Assembly: GCA_022646745.1 (NCBI GenBank)
Contig: CP060262.1
Coordinates: 1-32,000, forward strand
Reading direction: 5' to 3'
DNA: 32,000 nucleotides
Origin: Planctomycetales bacterium
GTDB taxonomy: Bacteria > 4484-113 > JAFGCY01
Below are positions 27,501 to 32,000 of the stretch, in pieces (position 1 is the first letter of the stretch; every line of letters begins with the position of its first letter). The notes under the pieces were generated by a model. It saw only the letters and a list, made by a program, of their open reading frames with translations, was not told where the DNA came from and searched no databases. A program made the position numbers and the translations under genes.

Positions 27501-27962
27501 CTACTGATCACTCTCCCGCCACACGCACTTGCCTTCCACGCAGTCCAGCTTGTTGTGCGTGCCGTCGCAAAAGGGCGGGACCTTCGTCTGGCGGCACATG
27601 CACATGCTGGCCATCAGGGTCTCGTCCACACGGAACTTGTAGCTCTTGCGGTTGGTGCAGTGCTCCTCCTCGCGGTGGCTGTTGTCACACCAGGGCTGGG
27701 TCTTCGAGTGACCGCAGGAGCACCAGGAGTAATTGCGCGGCTCCAGCTCGAGGCGCATGTTGCTGTTCTGCACGCACTTGCCGGGCACTGCGTCCTCGGG
27801 CAGCGGCTCGGAGTAGCCGAACAGCTGGATCTTGCCATCGCGGATCCAGATCCCGTCGGGATGGTCCACCTTGTTGAGGCACTGGCGCTGGGCCTCCATC
27901 TCCGCCTTCAGGCGGGCTTCCTCGGCAAGCTGTTCGGGGGTCTTCGTTTCCTGGTTGTCCAT
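27501..27962 (-). CDS. CDGSH-type iron-sulfur domain protein (two CDGSH-like motifs)
   Basis: CSCGHSKTQPWCDNSH and CMCRQTKVPPFCDGTH match C-x-C-x2-S/T-x3-P-x-C-D-G-S/A/T-H; the first is a CDNSH variant. Confidence 0.85.
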   Translation of the reverse strand: MDNQETKTPEQLAEEARLKAEMEAQRQCLNKVDHPDGIWIRDGKIQLFGYSEPLPEDAVPGKCVQNSNMRLELEPRNYSWCSCGHSKTQPWCDNSHREEEHCTNRKSYKFRVDETLMASMCMCRQTKVPPFCDGTHNKLDCVEGKCVWRESDQ

Positions 27963-27985
27963 GCCGCAATTATAGCGGCATCGCC

Positions 27986-29866
27986 CTACTTCAGCACTGC
28001 GGCGCTGCGCTGCAGGCTGACTTCCGTGCTGCCACGGCTGCGGCCCCAGTCCAGCGCGGCGGCGTAGTCAACGAGGCCCATGCTCTCACCGTACTCGCCC
28101 GTCACCTTGCGGCCGGCGGTGCTGTCGATGATGCGCTGGCGCACATCCTCCCAGCGGCGGGTCGGGTCCTGCGCATACAAAAGCGCGGCCAGTGCAGAGA
28201 CCTGCGGCGTGGCCCCGCTGGTGGCGCTGAAAGTGCTGGTGCGCGTTGACCAGGGGAAATCCACCTGCGGCACGGTCACGAAGCGGCCCTCACGGAACTC
28301 CTCAGAAGGCAGGTAGGACAGGTTCGGGTGCGGGTAGATGCGGCTGGTGACGAGCCCATAGCCCGGTGCGCTGACGCAGTGCGCCTCGAGGTTGCTGCCC
28401 TCCGCGCTGGCCGGGCTGAGCCAGGGTCGCGATGGATCAGCCGGCATGCAGGCGCTGACGCTCAGCACGTAGTCCTCCTCGCCCGGCTTGTTGGTCACGC
28501 CCTGCGCCTCGTTGCCGGCGGCGAACACATACAGCCGGTCATTGCGCGAGACGTCCTCCCAGATGCTGCCGCTGGCCTTGCCGACCACATTGGCAACCAC
28601 CTTCCACTCCGCCTCACTGAAGAAGGCCTTCGGCACGCTGGCGCTGACGCTGACGACGCGCACCTCGCCCTGCCCGTCCGGCCCCCAGCTCGAGCTGTCG
28701 CCCATCACCGGGTAGTTCTCGCTCAGTGCGTTGACAAGCTTGATGAAGGCCGATATCGGGCTCTTGACCTTGTAGCCGACCATCCGGAAGGTGCTTTCAC
28801 TCTTCACGCTGGCGGGCAGGATGCGGATGCCGGGGTTGCCAGCTTCGTAGTCCGCCGTGCAGCGCGTGATCAGCCCGGCGACGGAGGTGCCATGCCCACT
28901 GGGTCGGCCCTGGATCGCCTCACGCGGCAGGCCGGTGCCACGCTCATCCTCGCGGTCGGTCAGCTCGATGCCGTTGCCGGGACGCTTGTCCGGTCCGATG
29001 CGGCGGTAGTTGCGGTAGTTGGCATCCAGCGCATCGGGATGCATCCGGCCGCTCAGGTCAGGATGGTTGACGAAGATCCCGGTGTCAGCCACGCATACCG
29101 TCACCGGCGACAGCTCCGGGCTGCCGGCATTGCCATACTCACGGAAGCTGGTGGCCTCGCCGTTGCCAAACAGCACGGCGTTGCCCTGCATGAACAGCTC
29201 ACTGCCGCTCAGGGGCTCAGCCCAGTCCACGGTCGTGCCCTGCGGGTCGCACAGGCGGTAGTACTCGAACAGCGGCATCGGGTCCTGCCGGGCGGCTTCC
29301 GCCTCCTGCTCCCAGGCCGCGAGTCCGCCCTTGATGTTCTGGTACTTGTCATTGATGAACATCGCCGCCTGCTGGTCCAGCGCTGCAGTCGCAGCCTCTG
29401 CCCCGAGCGAGCTCTCGTTCCATTCCATCAGCAGCGCATCCGGCGCGGCCCAGTTCACCCGCGGGTCGCTGTCCAGCTCCTCCACCACATCACGCAGTTC
29501 GCGATGCGGGCGGGCGATGCCGACATTGTCCAGCAGGCCATCGAGTTTGCCGGGCTGCAGCACATCCAGTTCGTGGTAAGTGAAGCCGCTGTCGGGGTTG
29601 ACCCATTCGAATGTCAGGCGCAGGCCATGCTCGCGCCAGAGCTGTGCCCGCTCACGCCCGCTCAGCCCGCTGCGGGTCTCGGCCAGCACGCGGTCCTCCA
29701 GCACCTCGAGCTGCGGATAGGCCGCGTCGTAGGGCACGATGGCGATCTCCTCGGCGGAGCGCAGGTGGCGGCCGGGCAGCAGCACGATGCTCAGGAGCTG
29801 GAGGTACAGGCAGGCCGCGGCCATGAAGAGCAGCGGCATATACGTGAGTAGCGGTCGTCTCATCAT
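27986..29866 (-). CDS. S8-family subtilisin-like serine peptidase with a long N-terminal region and membrane anchor
   Basis: Catalytic Asp VCVADTGI, His SGHGTSVAGL, oxyanion Asn FAAGNEA, Ser SATSGATPQVSALAALL. N-terminal TM MPLLFMAAACLYLQLLSIVLL. Confidence 0.85.
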   Translation of the reverse strand: MMRRPLLTYMPLLFMAAACLYLQLLSIVLLPGRHLRSAEEIAIVPYDAAYPQLEVLEDRVLAETRSGLSGRERAQLWREHGLRLTFEWVNPDSGFTYHELDVLQPGKLDGLLDNVGIARPHRELRDVVEELDSDPRVNWAAPDALLMEWNESSLGAEAATAALDQQAAMFINDKYQNIKGGLAAWEQEAEAARQDPMPLFEYYRLCDPQGTTVDWAEPLSGSELFMQGNAVLFGNGEATSFREYGNAGSPELSPVTVCVADTGIFVNHPDLSGRMHPDALDANYRNYRRIGPDKRPGNGIELTDREDERGTGLPREAIQGRPSGHGTSVAGLITRCTADYEAGNPGIRILPASVKSESTFRMVGYKVKSPISAFIKLVNALSENYPVMGDSSSWGPDGQGEVRVVSVSASVPKAFFSEAEWKVVANVVGKASGSIWEDVSRNDRLYVFAAGNEAQGVTNKPGEEDYVLSVSACMPADPSRPWLSPASAEGSNLEAHCVSAPGYGLVTSRIYPHPNLSYLPSEEFREGRFVTVPQVDFPWSTRTSTFSATSGATPQVSALAALLYAQDPTRRWEDVRQRIIDSTAGRKVTGEYGESMGLVDYAAALDWGRSRGSTEVSLQRSAAVLK

Positions 29867-29957
29867 CTGCTTAATCGTAGCGGGGGGGAGGAATGTTCAA
29901 TCAAGAGCGGAAGCCCACCGATGGGTAAACACAAGGAACTAAGCGCCAACGCAATTC

Positions 29958-31316
29958 CTAATCGCTGGTTATGTAGATTCCGTCCTCTTTCTCTAGAACC
30001 AGGAAGTCCTCTTCTTGCACGGACACATTGCAGATCCCTTGCAGGGCCTGGTCGAAATGCTGCTGGTACTTTAATTTCCCGGTGATGTCCCACATTACCA
30101 ATGTATCCGATCTTTCTGAGCCTGGGTTTTCCATGGCGATGGCTGCCAGCATTCTTTCTCCTGCGTAGTCGAACTCACACATCCGGGAATTCCTGGTCCG
30201 TGGAAAATCCATCGACAGCCAGCCCTCAGGCAATTGCCTTGCCGTTTCACTTCCCGTAGAAACATTGATAATCGCACGGTAAGTAACCACTTCAGCAATT
30301 CCATCTTGCGCGAAGTCCACGGCATAAAACACCGAGCCACTGGAAGGTGAAGGTGAGACACCGTCGATCCAGGTCACATCCTGATCCATCCCATAAGCAC
30401 GATACTGCCAGTTTCCCAGCTTCATGGCTTCCTTGTCTGAACTTGCAAGGAATTCCGCCCTGCCATCATTGTCTAGATCCATGAAGCAGTCCACTAGGTT
30501 GCCGCGCACATCCTCCGTATAGAACAGCTCGACTCCGTTTAGTCCATAGATATGCACAGGGGCGGAATACCTATGTCCGAACTGCTCGCCCAGCAGCAGG
30601 TCCACGAAGCCGTCGCCATCCCAGTCCGCTCTGTATTGTGGGAATCCGTTGTCCTGTCCAGTCAGGGTGCACATTAACTCACCCTTTGTCGTCAGCACCT
30701 GCATTTCGTTTGTATGCCCCCAGTCATTGCCGGGGTCCGGAATGCTGCACAAGAGCTCCATCACGCCATCGCCGTCACAATCCCATGCAAGGTCCGGTGC
30801 TGAAATGAATCCATCCAGCGGAAGCTCCCTGACTTCTCCTCCGGGAACTTGCAGTATCTGCATGCCTCCACTGTGGATGCTAAGCAGTTCCCATCCTGAA
30901 TCATCGTCAAAGTTGCCAGCCAACACCGCACTGTCATCCTTCCTGCCATCAGGGTAAGCAAGGAGTCTCCTCCACTCAAGTGCGTTGCCAACGGTAGTTC
31001 CGGTTTCATGCCTGTCATTAACATTCTGTAGCTCAATCAATTTGCCGACTATGATGCTGAAAACCTCGTCCTCTGATTTTCCAACGGTAGACTCCTTGAA
31101 GTACAGCTCATCAAAGCCAGCCCTTTCCAGCAATGCTTTGTCCACCTCTGATTGACAGGCCCAGGCTTTTTCAAATGCAGAGCTGGATCCTTTTGCTTCT
31201 GCATCCTTCGAGGAGTTTTCCAGGCAGGAAATCAAGCCTCCCAAAACAAGGAGCAAGCCAAGCATTAACTTCAAGCCTCTGGCGAGCATGCCTTGTGATT
31301 GACTGAGTTCCATCAC
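29958..31316 (-). CDS. FG-GAP/VCBS-repeat lipoprotein (low-GC paralogue)
   Basis: Lipobox LGGLISC. Repeated Ca-binding D-x-D-x-DG motifs: DCDGDGVMELL, DWDGDGFVDLL, DLDNDGRAEFL, DFAQDGIAEVV. Its ATG overlaps the upstream stop (ATGA at 31313..31316). Confidence 0.75.
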   Translation of the reverse strand: MMELSQSQGMLARGLKLMLGLLLVLGGLISCLENSSKDAEAKGSSSAFEKAWACQSEVDKALLERAGFDELYFKESTVGKSEDEVFSIIVGKLIELQNVNDRHETGTTVGNALEWRRLLAYPDGRKDDSAVLAGNFDDDSGWELLSIHSGGMQILQVPGGEVRELPLDGFISAPDLAWDCDGDGVMELLCSIPDPGNDWGHTNEMQVLTTKGELMCTLTGQDNGFPQYRADWDGDGFVDLLLGEQFGHRYSAPVHIYGLNGVELFYTEDVRGNLVDCFMDLDNDGRAEFLASSDKEAMKLGNWQYRAYGMDQDVTWIDGVSPSPSSGSVFYAVDFAQDGIAEVVTYRAIINVSTGSETARQLPEGWLSMDFPRTRNSRMCEFDYAGERMLAAIAMENPGSERSDTLVMWDITGKLKYQQHFDQALQGICNVSVQEEDFLVLEKEDGIYITSD

Positions 31317-31999
31317 TCCCCCTCCACCCCCAGCAGCAGTTCCTGGGCCGTCAGCACAGCTACTCGCCGGCCGTCGGCGTCCAGCTCGAAGTCGTCAATG
31401 TCCACCCCGAAGCGTGTGTCAAACACAACCTTGCCTGTGCTGTCCCAGCCCACCAGTGCATCCCGTTCGAGGATGCCGACACGCTGCGGCCGCCCGAGCA
31501 CCATGCGCTGCCCGCCGAAACTGGCAATCCGCAGCTCCGGGGTCCGCAGCGGCTGGATCAGCCAGTCATCCCAGCCCTCCGGCGTATCAAGCCTGAGCGG
31601 CTCGCGTCCGACGCGCGCCAGCACCTTCTCGCAGAGCAGCTCGTCAATCCCGTCGCCATCAACGTCCACCGCGCAGGCCGGTGAATCCAGGCCCTCGATG
31701 CAGGGGATCGCCTCAAACAGCAGGAAGCCGTCCACCATCCTGAGCAGGCTCACTCCGTGCGGCTCCTCTGAGGCACGCATCACGATCCCCTCGCCTCCGC
31801 TGTCATCCAGCCGCGCACTGAAGGCGAAGCTGGTGATGCCGATCACGCCCATTTCCCGGACGACCGCGCCATCCTCATAGAGGTACAGCTTCGAATCAGC
31901 GCCCCTGTCATCCCAGCAGACCAGCTCCCGCTCGCCGTCGCCATCGAGGTCGGCCATGCAGTAGTTTCCATCTGCGATCTGGGGCGGCGCATCCTCCAC
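31313..31999 (-). CDS. FG-GAP/VCBS-repeat protein, probably 5'-truncated by the window edge
   Basis: DLDGDGERELV and DVDGDGIDELL repeats. The reading frame is open to the window end, so the tracked GTG may not be the real start. Confidence 0.7.
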   Translation of the reverse strand: MEDAPPQIADGNYCMADLDGDGERELVCWDDRGADSKLYLYEDGAVVREMGVIGITSFAFSARLDDSGGEGIVMRASEEPHGVSLLRMVDGFLLFEAIPCIEGLDSPACAVDVDGDGIDELLCEKVLARVGREPLRLDTPEGWDDWLIQPLRTPELRIASFGGQRMVLGRPQRVGILERDALVGWDSTGKVVFDTRFGVDIDDFELDADGRRVAVLTAQELLLGVEGE

Positions 32000-32000
32000 C

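Overview
High-GC (about 60-68% in most genes by hand count) bacterial chromosomal segment. No transposase, integrase, phage or CRISPR signal is visible. About 27 protein genes are supported. Housekeeping: folD, cysS, thrS, tal/fsa-type aldolase, crcB. Regulation and transport: an ECF sigma factor followed by a divergent PilT-like ATPase, a CHASE hybrid histidine kinase, a CaCA exchanger and a small Kv-like K+ channel. Secreted proteins: SNase-type nuclease, a dockerin/PKD lipoprotein, an S8 subtilase and two FG-GAP proteins. RNA genes are a 16S rRNA on the minus strand (about 21443..22939) and one tRNA with a UAU anticodon (9683..9755, minus). The 16S has no 23S, 5S or spacer tRNA attached. 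It has its own strong promoter, a 12-bp perfect flanking complementarity placed about 105 nt from each mature end, and its own terminator. Most interesting items: (1) a single-polypeptide SLOG-like nucleotide-sensor domain fused to two tandem SLATT-like 2TM modules, directly downstream of the 16S unit, whose tracked N-terminus overlaps the rRNA trailer stem and terminator. (2) A dispersed family of short hairpins, each abutted by a Shine-Dalgarno-like GGAGG, mostly placed right after stop codons. It includes a 50-nt module about 86% identical after folD and tal. (3) An AT-rich heptad-repeat and hairpin island at 4728..5282. (4) A butyrate-kinase/phosphotransbutyrylase fusion coupled to a DUF-like membrane protein. 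(5) A tRNA-Ile(UAU). All protein calls rest on motifs read by eye, with no database search. The taxon cannot be assigned here; the unlinked 16S and the dockerin/FG-GAP/PKD proteins are merely compatible with Planctomycetota-like or related lineages.
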